Origin: Leucoraja ocellata
Taxonomy: Eukaryota
Direction of reading: 5' to 3'
DNA: 64,000 nucleotides
Assembly (NCBI GenBank): GCA_036785375.1
Contig: JAWMAR010000424.1
Coordinates: forward strand, 1,178,001-1,242,000
The notes under the pieces are model-generated. The model was not told the origin of the DNA, ran no database searches, and saw nothing but the letters and a program-made list of their open reading frames with translations. Shown in pieces: positions 38,975-52,020 of the stretch. Each line of letters starts with the position of its first letter. Positions within the stretch are counted from its first letter, which is position 1. Position numbers and translations under genes: made by a program.

Positions 38975-40030
38975 TCCCGTGATCCCAGTCCGTGTTGCCA
39001 TGTTCCCAGTCCGTGTTCCCGTGATCCCAGTCCGTGTTCCCGTGATCCCAGTCCATGTTCCCGTGATCCCAGTCCGTGTTGCCATGTTCCCAGTCCATGT
39101 TCCTGTGATCCCAGTCCATGTTCCCGTGACCCCAGTCCGTGTTGCCATGTTCCCAGTCCGTGTTCCCGTGATCCCAGTCCATGTCCCTGTGATCCCAGTC
39201 CATGTTCCCGTGATCCCAGTCCGTGTTGCCATGTTCCCAGTCCATGTTCCCGTGATCCCAGTCCATGTTCCTGTGATCCCAGTCCATGTTCCCGTGATCC
39301 CAGTCCGTGTTGCCATGTTCCCAGTCCGTGTTCCCGTGATCCCAGTCCATGTCCCTGTGATCCCAGTCCATGTTCCCGTGACCCCAGTCCGTGTTGCCAT
39401 GTTCCCAGTCCATGTTCCTGTGATCCCAGTCCGTGTTGCCATGTTCCCAGTCCATGTTCCCGTGATCCCAGTCCATGTTCCCGTGATCCCAGTCCATGTT
39501 CCCGTGATCCCAGTCCATGTTCCCGTGATTCCAGTTCATGTTCCCATGATCCCAGTCCATGTTCCCATGATCCCAGTTCATGTTCCCGTGTTCCCAGTCC
39601 ATGTTCCTGTGATCCCAGTCCATGTTCCTGTGATCCCAGTCCATGTTCCCGTGATTCCAGTTCATGTTCCCGTGTTCCCAGTCTATGTTCCCGTGATCCC
39701 AGTCCTTGTTCCCGTGATCCCAGTCCATGTTCCCGTGATCCCAGTCCATGTTCCTGTGTTCCCAGTCTGTTCCCATGATCCCAGTCCATGTTCCCGTGAT
39801 TCCAGTTCATGTTTCCATGATCCCAGTCCATGTTCCCGTGATCCCAGTACGTGTTCCCGTGATCCCAGTCCATGTTCCCGTGATCCCAGTACGTGATCCC
39901 AGTCCATGTTCCCGTGATCCCAGTACGTGTTCCCGTGATCCCAGTCCATGTTCCCGTGATCCCAGTACGTGATCCCAGTCCATGTTCCTGTGTTCCCAGT
40001 CTGTGTTTCCATGATCCCAATCCATGTTCC
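38975..40030. repeat. 21-bp tandem satellite, consensus TTCCCGTGATCCCAGTCCATG
   Basis: Direct tandem units with a recurring variant TTGCCATGTTCCCAGTCCGTG; produces 7-aa periodic ORFs in all frames. Confidence 0.95.
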
Positions 40031-40359
40031 CCTGTTCCCGGGCTGTGGCATGGGTTCCCATGTTCCCGGTACGTGGTGTGGGTTCCCGTGTTCCCAGTCC
40101 GTTATAAGTGAGGGGGGAAAATTATGGCAGCATCCCCCCATACTGACAACTTTCCTCTGTGCTAGCTGCCTCTGTGCTAGCTCATGGGCTGAATGGCCTT
40201 CTGCATATTGATTGATTGAAAGCTGCAGCCCTTTGCCCCATCGAGTCCACGCAGCCCATCGATCACCCGTTCACAGTAGCTCTATGTCATCCAACTTTGT
40301 CATCCACTTCCTGCACACCAGGGGCCAATTAACCTACAAGCAATAAGTATTTGCACGAC

Positions 40360-40850
40360 AAGAGAGAGTACAGAGGAGATTTACTAGAATGTTGCCTGGG
40401 TTTCAACAACTAAGTTACAGAGAAAGGTTGAATAAGTTAGGTCTTTATTCTCTGGAGCGCAGAAGGTTAAGGGGGGACTTGATAGAGAGGTCTTTAAAAT
40501 GATGAGAGGGATAGACAGAGTTGATGTGGATCAGCTTTTCCCTTTGAGAATAGGGAATATTCAAACAAGAGGACATGACTTCAGAATTAAGGGACAGAAG
40601 TTTAGGGGTAACATGAGGGGGAACTTCTTTACTCAGAGAGTTGTAGCGGTGTGGAATGAGCTTCCAGTGGAAGTGGTGGAGGCAGGTTCGTTGGTATAAT
40701 TTAAAAATAAATTGGATAGGCATATGGATGAGAAGGGAATGGAAGGTTATGGTATGAGTGCAGGCAGGTGGGACTAAGGGAAAAAAAGTTGTTCGGCACA
40801 AACTTGTAGGACTGTTTCCGTGCTGTAATTGTTATATGGTTATATGGTTA
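40360..40850 (+). mobile_element. CR1 LINE 3' fragment
   Basis: Same as 5387-5856. Confidence 0.88.
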
Positions 40851-41015
40851 AAGTACAAAATGAATTAAAGGTTGTAGTCTATTTGTACATTTCTTATCAA
40901 AGTCCACTCTTTACTGATTGGCAAAGTTACAAATCAAGTGTAACATGATCTGTAATAAATGTCAGGACTTTACATTCAGATTCTGCAGTAACAATGGTAA
41001 TGATAATAATGGTAC

Positions 41016-43250
41016 TTTGGCGGTCTCAAGAATGACAACTGAGTTTACAAACAAATTTTTATTCAGAAAATCACTTCTCAGTTTACAGGCTCTCACGACA
41101 CGTCTGGCCACAACGGTGGTCAGCACTGAACTAACGCGCGAAAGCGAAACGGCGCGAAAACAAGCAGCCCCTCCCGAGTCACGTGACCGCGGCTTATGAA
41201 CGCTGGGTTCGATACCTGCGTGCGCCAGTAGGCGCCGCTACATGCCCCCCATCCCCGCCCCGTACGGAAACGCACGGATAACCGGACGGTCAGACCGGAA
41301 CGCGTAGTCCAAGGTCGCGGGGCGAGCGTAACATTCAGGTCTAGCGAAACAGAACCGGAGGGACGCGACAAACGCGAACGAGGAACGGGCATAACAGAGG
41401 GGACCGGTGAAACATAACTGGGGATAACAGGTGCAGAGGACGGCAAAACGGCCGGCGGATGCCCTCTACGCCGCGGAGTGGCCACAGCCACCGGGCTATC
41501 CTCATCAACGTAGGCTGCCTTAAGGCGGCTCACGGAGACAAACTTCTCCCTGCCACCCATGTCCAATGTGAACGTCGAGGTACCGGTCCTCAGCACCCTG
41601 TATGGACCTTCGTACACCCGCTGTAACGGCGAGCGGTGAACATCCCTACGAAGGAAAACAGAAGTACAATCCCGTAACATAGTAGGCACATGCACCGCGG
41701 ACGACCCGCGCTCGCGAAGGTCAGCTAGTACCACTGAAGTCGGGACCTCCTGATCCCGGGGGACGGGCAGAAAATCCCCAGGTACCCGCAAAACTGAGCT
41801 GTAAACAAGCTCGGTCGAGGAGGCGTTGAGCTCTTCCTTAGGCATAGTTCTGATGCCCAGGAGACCCCAAGGCAACTGGTCGACTCAATCGGGGCCGATG
41901 AGCCAGGCTTTCAATGCCGACTTGAGGTGCCTGTGAAACGCTCAACCAAACCGTTGGACTACGGGTGATACGCGGTGGTCTGGTGCAGCTTCGCGCCATA
42001 CAGCTGCGCCATACCACACCACATGGAGGACGTGAACTGGGCCCCACGATCAGTAGTGATATCGGAAAGGGACCCCTGAAACGAGCGATCGAATGCGAGA
42101 CGATGGCCCGCGCGCAAGCTTCAGCGGAGGTATCCTTTAACGGTATTGCCTCCGCCCACCTGCTAAACCTGTCCACGATAGTCAGGGACCCACCAGGTCG
42201 ACATGGATGTGCAGGAACCTGCCGTCTGGAACAGCGGAATCCTGCACGGGCGGGCACACATGAATCTGTACCTTGGAAGTCTAGCATGGGATGCAAGAAC
42301 GGGCCCATGCTGCGACATGCTTCCATAACCCATGCCAGACGAACTTGGCCGTGACCAAGGCAGAGGTGGCGCGAATGGACGGGTGCGCTAGGCTGTGGAT
42401 AGTGTTGAAAATCCGACGCCTCCAAGCAACCGGGACAATGGGACGGGCTTTGCCCGTGGAGACATCGCAAAGGACTCGCACGCCGGTGACGCTGCAGGGC
42501 ACCTTGGACAACTTAAGGCCTGACTCAGCATTGCGGTAAACCTCCATACCAACATCTGCCTGTTGGGCAGCGGCCAGCTCCTCATAATCCACACCTAGAC
42601 TTAACGTTGAAACTTCGGGTGCTGCCGGACAGGACAGCGCGTCAGCCACAACGTTCAGCTTCCCCGCCACATGCCGAATATCAGATGTGAATTCGGAAAT
42701 GTAGGCCAGGTGCCTCTGCTGCCTGGCAGACCAGGGATCGGACACCTTGATCAAAGCGAACGTGAGTGGCTTGTGGTCCTTGAATGCGGAGAACGCGCGC
42801 CCTCTAGGAAGTTACGGAAATGGCGGGTCGCTAGGTAGAGCGTGAGGAGTTCCCAATCGAAAGCGCTATACTTAACTTCGGGGGCTCGCAGTTGCCTGCT
42901 GAAAAATGCCAGTGGCACCCAGCGGCTACCTACTCGTTGTTCGAGGACGGCACCTACCACGGCGTCGGAGACGTCCATGGTGAGGGCCGTTTGGGCTGAT
43001 GCTCTAGGGTGTTCCAGCATAGTGGCATTGACCAATGCAGTGTCAGCCCCCTCGAACGTCTTCTCCGCCTCCTTGGACCAGACCAGGCCCTTAGGCTTAC
43101 CGGCCAGACATTGGAACAACGACCGCATGATGGTGGCTGCTGACGGGATGAGTCGGTAGTAGAAATTAACCATTCCGATAAACTTCTGCAGGCCCTTGAC
43201 AGATAGAGGCCTTGGGAAGCGACAGATAGCGTCGACCTTCTCGGGCAGTG
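41016..43250 (-). mobile_element. 5'-truncated Gypsy retrotransposon (RNase H, integrase, 3' LTR 41016-41242), related to 10863-13914
   Basis: PLAFFSRQL..KYSAFD.ELL, WSARQQRHLAYISEF and GPYRVL motifs. LTR ends in ccgctaca. Both LTRs carry gtcacgtgac. Confidence 0.9.
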
Positions 43251-43616
43251 GATCAGGCAGCATCTCTGGAGAACATGGACAGGTGACGTTTAGGGTTGAG
43301 ACCCTTCTTCAGATTGAGAGTCAAGGGAGAGGGAAACTAGAGATATGAAGAGGTACAGAACAGATCAGAGCCAGCACAATGGTCCATATTTGGCTGTGGA
43401 GGAGGTGATATGAACAGTATAGCAGTGGTCCACAGAGACAGTTTAGAGTCACCAGTTTGGCACCATTTCCAAGTCCCAGTTGTTGTGAGTGCAGGGTTCT
43501 TGACCCGACTATGAAGGCCCGTTGTGCTGACGGTGTTGCAGGGTCAGTCTGGCCAAGCGTAGTCATGGTGTTCTCCGTCACTGTTCCACCGTTATAGGCC
43601 GCATCCGGTCCACGCG

Positions 43617-44237
43617 CTCCGTCTCTTGGAGTGGCACCCGGTCCAACCGAGCCCCAGGCTGTTGCAGGGCCTCCAGTGGCCCATTCCCCCACCGAGGCCA
43701 TTCACTCCCTCCCGCAGCCCACATGCTCACAGGCCCTCCTATCAGGGTAGGTCATCTGGGCGGGTTCCCATGTTCCCGTGTCCCCGGTCCGTGGCGTGGA
43801 GTCCCGTGTTCCCGTGTTCCCGGTCCATGTTCCCAGTCCGTGGTGTAGGCTCCCGTGTTCCCGGCCCATGGTGGGTCCCCATGTTCCCAGTCCATGTTCC
43901 CGTGTTCCCATGTACCTGGTCCGTGGCGTGGGTTCCCATGTTCCCAGTCCGTGCTCCCGTGTTCCCAAGTTTCATGGTCCGTGGCGTGGGTTTACGTGTT
44001 CCCGGTCCATGGCGTGTGTTCCCATGTTCCCAGTCCATGCTCACGTGTTCCCATGTTCCTGGTCCGTGGCTTGGGTTCACGTGTTCCCGGTCAATGGCAT
44101 ATGTCCCCATGTTCCCGGTCCGTGACGTGGGTTAATGTGTTCCCAGTCCGTGTTCCCGGTCCGTGGTGTTTGTTCCTGTGTTCCCGGTCCATGGCGTGTG
44201 TTCCCATGTTCCCAGTCCATGATGTGGGTTCCCGTGT
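43617..44237. repeat. Degenerate relative of the 21-bp satellite with the same unique left flank as 38770-38960
   Basis: ctccgtctcttggag..ccaaccgagccccaggct..gcagcccacatgctcacaggccctcctatcagggt is shared, followed by irregular tgttccc repeats. Confidence 0.85.
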
Positions 44238-44331
44238 GGATGTTGACAATGCTTCTCATAATTTTATAAACTTTTATCATGTCATCATTATATACGTCTT
44301 TCACAATTTATGTTTTTTATGCTTTTTTTAG

Positions 44332-44664
44332 ATACCCTTGAGCTGGAGATATTTGCAAGTCCACTGAAGGTATTTGTAAATGACAATGTGACTCTGAAAT
44401 GCGTGGTTACTGGGTCTGGAAACGTTGACTTAAAAACAATGGCATTCAGATGGACCCTTAATGAGAAAACAGAAGTGTTTTCCTTTAAAGGAGGAACTAA
44501 ACAGCGAAATCGATCTGGTGCCAATATTTCTGAGGCTGAATTACTGAACGGAAACGTTTCAATTCGTCTTCCAAAAGTTCAGATCTCTGACGAAGGAATG
44601 TACACATGCACTGTGTTTATCTTCCCTGAAAGTGCCAGTCGCTTTTCAACAATGCACGTGTTAG
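44332..44664 (+). CDS. NCR3LG1: B7-H6/NCR3LG1-like gene, Ig V-set domain exon
   Basis: Acceptor tttttttag|, donor G|GTAAGA, 333 nt, phase 1-1, no stops. V-set motifs: VTLKC, FRW, GNVSIRLPKVQISDEGMYTC. NDNVT, VFxFxG and RxGA match recalled B7-H6 V-domain features. Confidence 0.9.
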
Positions 44665-44727
44665 GTAAGATTAACGATAACATTCAGGAATATAATTCCA
44701 AGGAAATGGTTTAGAAGTTTGAAACAA

Positions 44728-46115
44728 GGATGAACAGGGATTTAGATTCTTAGACCACTGGGATCTGCTTTGGGGTAAGGGTGAATTGTACAAAAGGGGC
44801 GGGTTGCACCTTAACAGGCGGGGAACCAGAATTCTGGCAGACAAGCAGGGGGGGGGGGGGGGGAGACAAATTGGAAATACAAGAATGGAGTTAAAGGGAG
44901 AGCACAGGAAAAGTTAAGAAAGACACCAGAATTAACGGGGCAGGAAGCTCACAAAGGGATAGGAGAGTATGGCCAACTGAAATAGGAATCAATGTGAAAG
45001 GTGAGGAGAGTAATTGATTAAAAGTATTATATATGAAGTATAAGAAGTAAAGTGGATGAGCTTGAGGCTCAGTTAGAGATTGGTATATATGGCATTGTGG
45101 GGATTACAGAGACATGGCTGCAGGAGGATCGGGCCTGGGAACCGAATATTCACGGTTATACATCCTATAGAAAGGACAGGCAGGTGGGCAGAAGAGGTGT
45201 GGTAGCTCTGCTGGTGAGGGATGAAATTCAGTCCCTTGCGAGGGGTGACATAGGGACTGACGATGTAGAGTTGCTGTGGATAGAATTGAGGAATTGTAAA
45301 GATGAGAAGACATTAATGGGAGTTATCTACAGGCCCCCAAACAGTAGCCTGGATATAGGGTGCAAGTTGCAGCAGGAGATGAAATTGGCATGTAACAAAG
45401 GTAATGCCACTGTGGTTATGGGAGATTTCAATATGCAGGTAGACTGGGAAAATCAGGTTGGTTCTGGACCCAAAAAAGGGAGTTTGTGGAGTGCCTCCGA
45501 TATGGATTCTTAGAGCAGCTTGCACTGGAATCAACCAGAGAGAAGGCAATTCTGGATTTAGTGTTATCTAATGAAACAGATAAGGGAACTCAAGGTTAAG
45601 GAATCGCTAGGAGATAGTGACCATAATATGATGTTTTAATTTGCAATTTGAGAGGGAGAAGGTTGAAACAGAAATGTCAGTGTTGCAGTTGAACAAAGGG
45701 GACTATGAAGGCATAAGAGAGGAGCTGGCTAAGGTAGACTGGAGAAGGATCCTATCAGAAATGACGGTGGAACAGCAATAGCAGGAATTTCTGGACATAA
45801 TCCAGAAGATGCAGGATCATTTCATTCCAAAGAGGAAGATGGAGGATCATTTCATTCCAAAGAGGAAGAAAGATTCTAAGGGGAGTAAGAGGCGACCATG
45901 GTAGCAATTGAAGTTAGGGATGGAATAAAACTAAAGGAAAAGGTGTATAACATAGCAAAGAGTAGCGGGAAACCAGAGGATTGGGAAACATTCAAAGGAC
46001 AACAGAAGGTAACAAAAAGGACAATACGGGATTAAAAGATGAAGTGCGGAGGGAAGCTGGCCAAGAATATAAAGGAGAGTAAAAGCTTCTTTAGGTATGT
46101 TAAGAGAAAAATATT
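44728..46115 (+). mobile_element. Degenerate CR1 LINE (ORF1 end, ORF2 endonuclease)
   Basis: GITETWL..RKDR..GVIYRPPNS..MGDFN, with stops and frameshifts. Confidence 0.85.
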
Positions 46116-48197
46116 TAGTAGGTGTGTCTGTCCTCTAGTGATATAACTACCCAGAAAACACAACAGTGAATAGAACTGGTTCATTTGACTCTCCATTAAT
46201 GAAGCTGGATCATTGTGTTTTAATTCTTGTAATTTTTCATTTATTTTGTGTTTTTTAAAACAATTGTTACTTCACCAATTTTGAAATTTCTACTATCCAG
46301 GGGCAATAGGCAGGGATGCGCATTATAGCCCCTGTTATTTGCTCTTGTGATAGAGCCCCTAGCAGAAAGTATAAGAATGCATCCGAATATCCATGGTTAT
46401 AATACCAAACACTCAAACAATAAAATTTCATTATATGCAGATGACGTATTATTATACATTACAAAATCGCAAATCAGCATACCAAATATATTAAATTTAA
46501 TAGAGGAATTTGGTTCCTTTTCAGGATATAGAATAAATTGGAATAAAAGCAAAATTATGACGATAAAACCTCAAGAGACGACACCTTTTAAAATTCCCCT
46601 TTAGAATTGCAACAGAAAGATTTAAATATTTGGGTATCCAAATTACTAGAAAATTTAAATCTTTATTTAATGCAAACTATATGCCTTTACTAACTAAATT
46701 AAATGCGTTGGAAAAAACTCCCGATGTCTTTAATAGGCAGAATAAATGCTATAAAAATGATTTTTTGACTTTATTTAAATCAATACCAATATACCTTCCT
46801 AAAAAATCCTTTAAAAAACTTGACTATTATAAACTTCATATGGGACTATAAATCACATAGAATTCAAAGAAAACATCTGTGTAAACCTAAAAAATTCGGC
46901 GGACTGACACTACCCAATTTTTTGTATTACTATTGGGCAGTGAACATCAAAAATGCAATTCATTGGTTGGACAAGTCTGCTCAACAAGTAGACTGGATAA
47001 TAATGCAGAAAGAGGATTGCTCTCCTTTTAATATAGGAGCGATCCTTCTCTCCCCGATAAAACGGGAATAATACAATATACAAGAAGAATCCAATTATTC
47101 ATAGTACAATACGAATTTGGAAACAAATAAAATTAACTCTCAAATTAAGAAATCTATCGCTTCTTTCTCCAACAGTTAATAACCCGTCACTTAAACCATC
47201 TATTATTGATAAAACGTTTACCCATAGGGAAAGAACAGGAATTAAAACGCTTGGAGACATGTATGAAATGGGAAACCTTTTATCATTTCAACAACTACAA
47301 CTAAAATACAACCTGAAAAGTAATCAATATTTCAAATACCTACAAATCCGAGATTACTTGAAGAAACACACACAAGAATATCAAACCTTAACCTCAGATC
47401 TATTAGATGAAGGAATGAACAGAAAAGCAGAATCAAGTAATTTAATATCATATTTGTATAACATCATTTTAAATATAGAAATACCATCGTCAGAGGCAAT
47501 TAGAATGGACTGGGAACAAGAATTATCTATAAAAATTCCGAATGACAGATGGGAAAAATACTTGCTATATGTACATAAATGCTCGATTAATGTAAGACAT
47601 AACTTAATTCATTTTAAAATTTTACATAGATTATATTACTCAAAAACCAAACTGAATAAAACATTTTTCCAAATGTTTCTCCCATATGTGATAAATGCTT
47701 ATCTCAAAATGCTGCTATAGTACACTCTTTTGTCTCTTGCATAAAACTTCATACATTTTGGAATGAAATCTTGTGAATTTTTACAAAATTATTTAAAATA
47801 AAATTGAACCCCAATACAGAATTGATTATCTTTGGATCAATGGAAGACTGTAAGCTGACTTCGTTTCAAAAATGTCTCCTTAATTATGGCTTAATAACGG
47901 CAAAAAACTTATACTTAAATTCTGGAAAAATGCACCCACACCAACGCTCAAAATGTGGATTTCAAACATGTCGGAAATGTTACACCTTGAAGATATGAGA
48001 TCAAAAATGCAATTCATGGGTTGGACAAGTCTGCTCAACAAGTAGACTGGATAATAATGCAGAAAGAGGATTGCTCTTCTTTTAAAATTCCCCTTTAGAA
48101 TTGCAACAGAAAAATTAATCCTATCAGGCAAATCAGACCAATTCTTAAAGATTTGGTCTCCCTTTATCAACTTATTACAAGCATATGGTGCAACGCC

Positions 48198-49150
48198 CAA
48201 CAACCGGTGGGGGCGCTGCACTGGCAGCAGCCCTGTCAGCAGCGTGTTAGTCTTTTCAACTTTTTTTATTTTTTTAGTATGTCTTAAAGTCTGTTTTTAG
48301 TGTTTCTTAGTGTGTTTTGTGTGGGGGGTGGTGTGGGGGGGTAAGGGGGAAACCGTTTCGGCCGCCTCCTCCATGGAGAGGCGACTTTTTCCAGGTCGCC
48401 TCCCCCGTGGCCTAACAGCGAGGATCGGCGCGGCCTTTCCCGGAGACGCGCCCGGGGCTCGGGACTCCGGCGGCGGGTGCAGCGTGGAATGTCAGCAACG
48501 GGACACCGGCGGCGGGTGCAGTGTGGACTGTCAGCACGGAGCTGGGGCTCGCTGGAGGGGAGCACTCCGTTCCGTTGGCCCGCAGCAGCCGGCAGCCTGC
48601 ACAGCTCCAGCTGGCGCGGCGTCTACAGCCCGGGATCCCCCGTGGGGGACCGGGGGGGAAGAAGAAGCTTCCTCCGCCGGCCCGCGGCCAACTTCTACCG
48701 CGGGTCCGGTATGGACTTAACATCACCCCTGGACGGGAGCTTCGACCGCCGGCCCTGCAGACTGCGGTGCTTACGGCTGCGACGTGGAGGGAACTTTAAA
48801 TCTTCGGCCGCCGGCCTGCGGCCTACACCAACTAAAAGCCGCGGTCTCCGGTGGGGAGGAGCCGACTCTGGACTTACCTGGACTTGTACCTTGTCCTTTT
48901 ACCATCTGGACGCCCGCAGCAACGGCTGCGGAGGGTTGAGGTCCCGACCACGGGGGGAAATGGAGGAGGACTGGCCAAATTGTGTGCCTTCCACCACAGT
49001 GATGAATGCTGTGGTGGATGTTTATGTTAAAAATTTTATTGTGTTTTTGTGTGTGCCCTTTATAATTGTATCGCTGCTGACGTATCATTTCACTTGCACT
49101 TTTTGTGCAATGTGACAAATAAACGTTGTATTGTATTGTATTGTATTGCA
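48198..49150 (+). mobile_element. GC-rich non-coding retroposon with (TTGTA)n tail
   Basis: GC head, T-rich tract, G-tract, GC core and gtgacaaataaa + microsatellite tail; interrupts L1. Confidence 0.7.
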
Positions 49151-49197
49151 AACTTAGAAATTAACTGTTTCAGAACCGGGTGAGGGGTGGGTAGATA

Positions 49198-50094
49198 GAT
49201 ACAAGATACAAGATACAAGATACAAGATACAATTTAATTGTCATTTGGACCCCTTGATGTCCAAACGAAATGCCGTTTCTGCAGCCATACATTACACACA
49301 AATAGACCCAAGACATAACATAATTTACATAAACATCCATCACATCGCTGTGATGGGAAGCCAAAAAAACGTATCTCTCCACTGCACTCTCCCCCCCCCC
49401 CCCCCCCCCGCCCCCCCCCGATGTCAGAGTCAAAGTCAAAGCCCCGGCTGGCGATGGCAATTGTCCCCGCGGCCATTAAAGCCACGCCGGGTGGTGCGAG
49501 GTCGCACACCGGGTCTTGGTGTTGGAGCCCCCGGCGTGCGCTCGCAGAGTCCCGCGGCCATTCCAAGCCGCGCGGGGTGGTGATGTCAGGCCCTGCTCCA
49601 GGAGCTCTTCGACCCCGCAACTCGGGCGGGAGAAGTCGCCGTTGCGAGAGCCCTGAAAAGCGGTCTCCCTCCAGGGACCTGCGGGCTCCCGGTGCTGCCG
49701 TCCGCCAGACCCGCAGTTGCAGCCTCCGAATCTCCGGAGGTCGGGCCGCAGCAGCAGCAGCAGCAGCGCTCCTCCACCGCTCCACCCGCTCCGGACTCGG
49801 CCAGCCCCGCGACGGTGACGGTGAGTCGTCGGCACCAGAGTCCCCGGTCTCTTCCTGTTGGAGGCCGCTCCTCGTTGCAGCCCCAACGATAACGGAGACC
49901 CGACAAGAAAAGGTCGGGTCTCCCGTGCAGGGAGAGATTTAAAAGTTTCCCCCTCCCTCCCACCCCACCCCCGCCCCCCCCACACACACACCCCCCAACA
50001 AAAAATAACAAAAACTACGTAAAAACATAGACAGAAAATAATAAAAACGCGGACGGGCTGCAGAGGCCACTGCTGACGAGAGTCGCGCCGCCCA
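49198..50094 (-). mobile_element. GC-rich non-coding retroposon, same family as 23831-24706, (TCTTGTA)n tail
   Basis: Reverse complement aligns end to end with 23831-24706. Confidence 0.85.
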
Positions 50095-50471
50095 CTTTAC
50101 GAAGATATATCCCTTTCAATTTCTCTTTTTTCTTCTCTATTCCTTTTCTTTCTTATTTCACCTTCTTGTTTTCTTTCAGGCCATAAGGCCTTATGAGCTC
50201 TTTTTCCCCCCTATTTTTTCACGGATTAACAATATTACTACTTTATATAATATTCCCTTCCTCTCTATTTCTTGCTTTTCTTACTCTTCTTTTTTACTAT
50301 TAAATTTAAAATAAGAAGTTGTACATGAAATGTAATATGTTATTCATGTCTTATATTATTGTACACTACTTCTAATAAAAATATTTAAAAACAAATTTAA
50401 AAAAGAATGCTCCCCTCTCTGCAACTTCACTGAACAGCGCAGGAACACGCTATTCAGCCCACAATGTCCAT

Positions 50472-50930
50472 TCAAGTGTTCAAGTTCAAGTGAGTGTTCA
50501 AGTGAGTTTATTGTCATGTGTCCCTGTATAGGACATTGAAATTCTTGCTTTGCTTAAGCACATAGAAAGGCACACTACAAAACAGATAAACGTGTCCATA
50601 TACCATGATATAAATATATACGCACATGAGTAAATAAACAGATAAAGTGCAAATAACAGAAAGTGGTTATTAATAATCAGAGTTTTGTCCGAACCAGGTT
50701 TAATAGCCTGATGGCTGTGGGGAAGTAGCTATTCCTGAACCTGGTTGTTGCAGTCTTCAGGCTCCTGTACCTTCTACCTGAAGGTAGCAGGGAGATGAGT
50801 GTGTGGCCAGGATGGTGTGGGTCTTTGATGATACTGCCAGCCTTTTTGAGGCAGCGACTGCGATAAATCCCCTCGATGGAAGGAAGGTCAGAGCTGATGA
50901 TGGACTGGGCAGTGTTTACTACTTTTTGTA
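50472..50930 (-). mobile_element. Rex1/Babar LINE 3' fragment
   Basis: SIIKDPHHPGH..LLPSGRRYRS..RFRNSYFPTAIRLLN. Confidence 0.85.
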
Positions 50931-51133
50931 CTCTGAACATAATGCCAAGACCATCTCTTATCTACCTGCACTTATGTGTAGTACATATCCCTCCATTCCC
51001 TGCATTTCCATGTGTTTATCAGTGCAGTAGATTTAGTTTATCGTCGTATCAAGGTGTACATTTTGTTGCTTTTGTTGTGTGCTAACCAGTCAGTGGAAAG
51101 ACAATTACAATTGAGCCATCTATAGTGTACAAC

Positions 51134-51389
51134 TGGGCGAAGCAGGATCACCACGGGAGTGCGTGCAGCTGGGAAGGGGCGCGCCGCAGAAACACAGAGG
51201 AAACGCGCCGCGCGTGGGGCTCGGGCCACTTTAGCTTCTACTGCGACGCCCACCCAGCTGTGTCCCATATGTGAACGAGCCTTCCAGGCCCGGATCGGGC
51301 TCACCAGTCACCTGGGGACCCACTAACAAAAACACTGAAGTCATCGTCTTCTTCGACTATGCAGGATGAACAACAAACAACAACAACAG
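51134..51389 (+). mobile_element. RTE LINE 3' fragment
   Basis: Encodes ..CPICERAFQARIGLTSHLGTH* (RTE C-terminal C2H2); (CAA)n tail. Confidence 0.75.
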
Positions 51390-51489
51390 ATACATGATCA
51401 GAGAATAACGTTCAGTGCAAGATAAGGCCAGTGAAGTCCAATCAAAGATAGTCCATGGCTCACCAAAGAGGTAGATGGTATTTCAGCAC

Positions 51490-52020
51490 TTTGAGGAATG
51501 ACATTGTTGCTATTGAGGGAGTGCAGCGTAGGTTTACAAGGTTAATTCCCGGGATGGTGGGACTGTCATATGCTGAGAGAATGGAGCAGCTGGGCTTGTA
51601 CACTCTGGAGTTTAGAATGATGAGAGGATATCTCATTGAAACATATAAGATTGTTAAGGGCTTGGACACACTAGAGGCAGGAAACATGTTCCCGATGTTG
51701 GGGGAGTCCAGGGGCCACAGTTTAAAAATAAGGAGTAAGCCATTTAGAATGGAGACGAGGAATCACTTTTTCTCACTGAGAGTGGGGAGTCTCTGGAATT
51801 CTCTACCTCAGAGGGCGGTGGAGGCAGGTTCTCTGGATGCTTTCAAGAGAGAGCTAGATAGGGCTCTTAAAAATAGCGGAGTCAAGGGATATGTGGAGAA
51901 GGCAGGAACGGGGTACTGATTGGGGATGATCAGCCATGATCACATTGAATGGCGGTGCTAGCTTGAAGGGTCAAATGGCCTACTCCTGCACCTATTGTCT
52001 TTTGTCTATTGTCTATTGTT
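51490..52020 (+). mobile_element. CR1 LINE 3' fragment
   Basis: AIEGVQRRFTRLIPG...EKAGTGY*; (TATTGTC)n tail. Confidence 0.88.

Larger units (their letters stand above)
46270..50405 (+). mobile_element. Degenerate L1/Tx1-clade LINE (ORF2 RT to 3' UTR) with two nested GC-rich retroposons
   Basis: RGNRQGC, SLYADDVLLY, FSGYRINWNKS, GGLTLPNF and HFKILHRLYYSK. A-rich end near 50400. Confidence 0.85.

Noticed and set aside
38975-40030. CRISPR-like array
   Set aside because: Units are directly adjacent with no unique spacers, there are no cas genes, and the context is eukaryotic.
38731-40141. Long repetitive ORFs (429, 384, 320, 307 aa; Cys/Pro-rich or WDHGNMD repeats) resembling keratin-associated or antifreeze proteins
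   Set aside because: They arise in all frames from a stop-free 21-bp satellite, with no splice or domain support.
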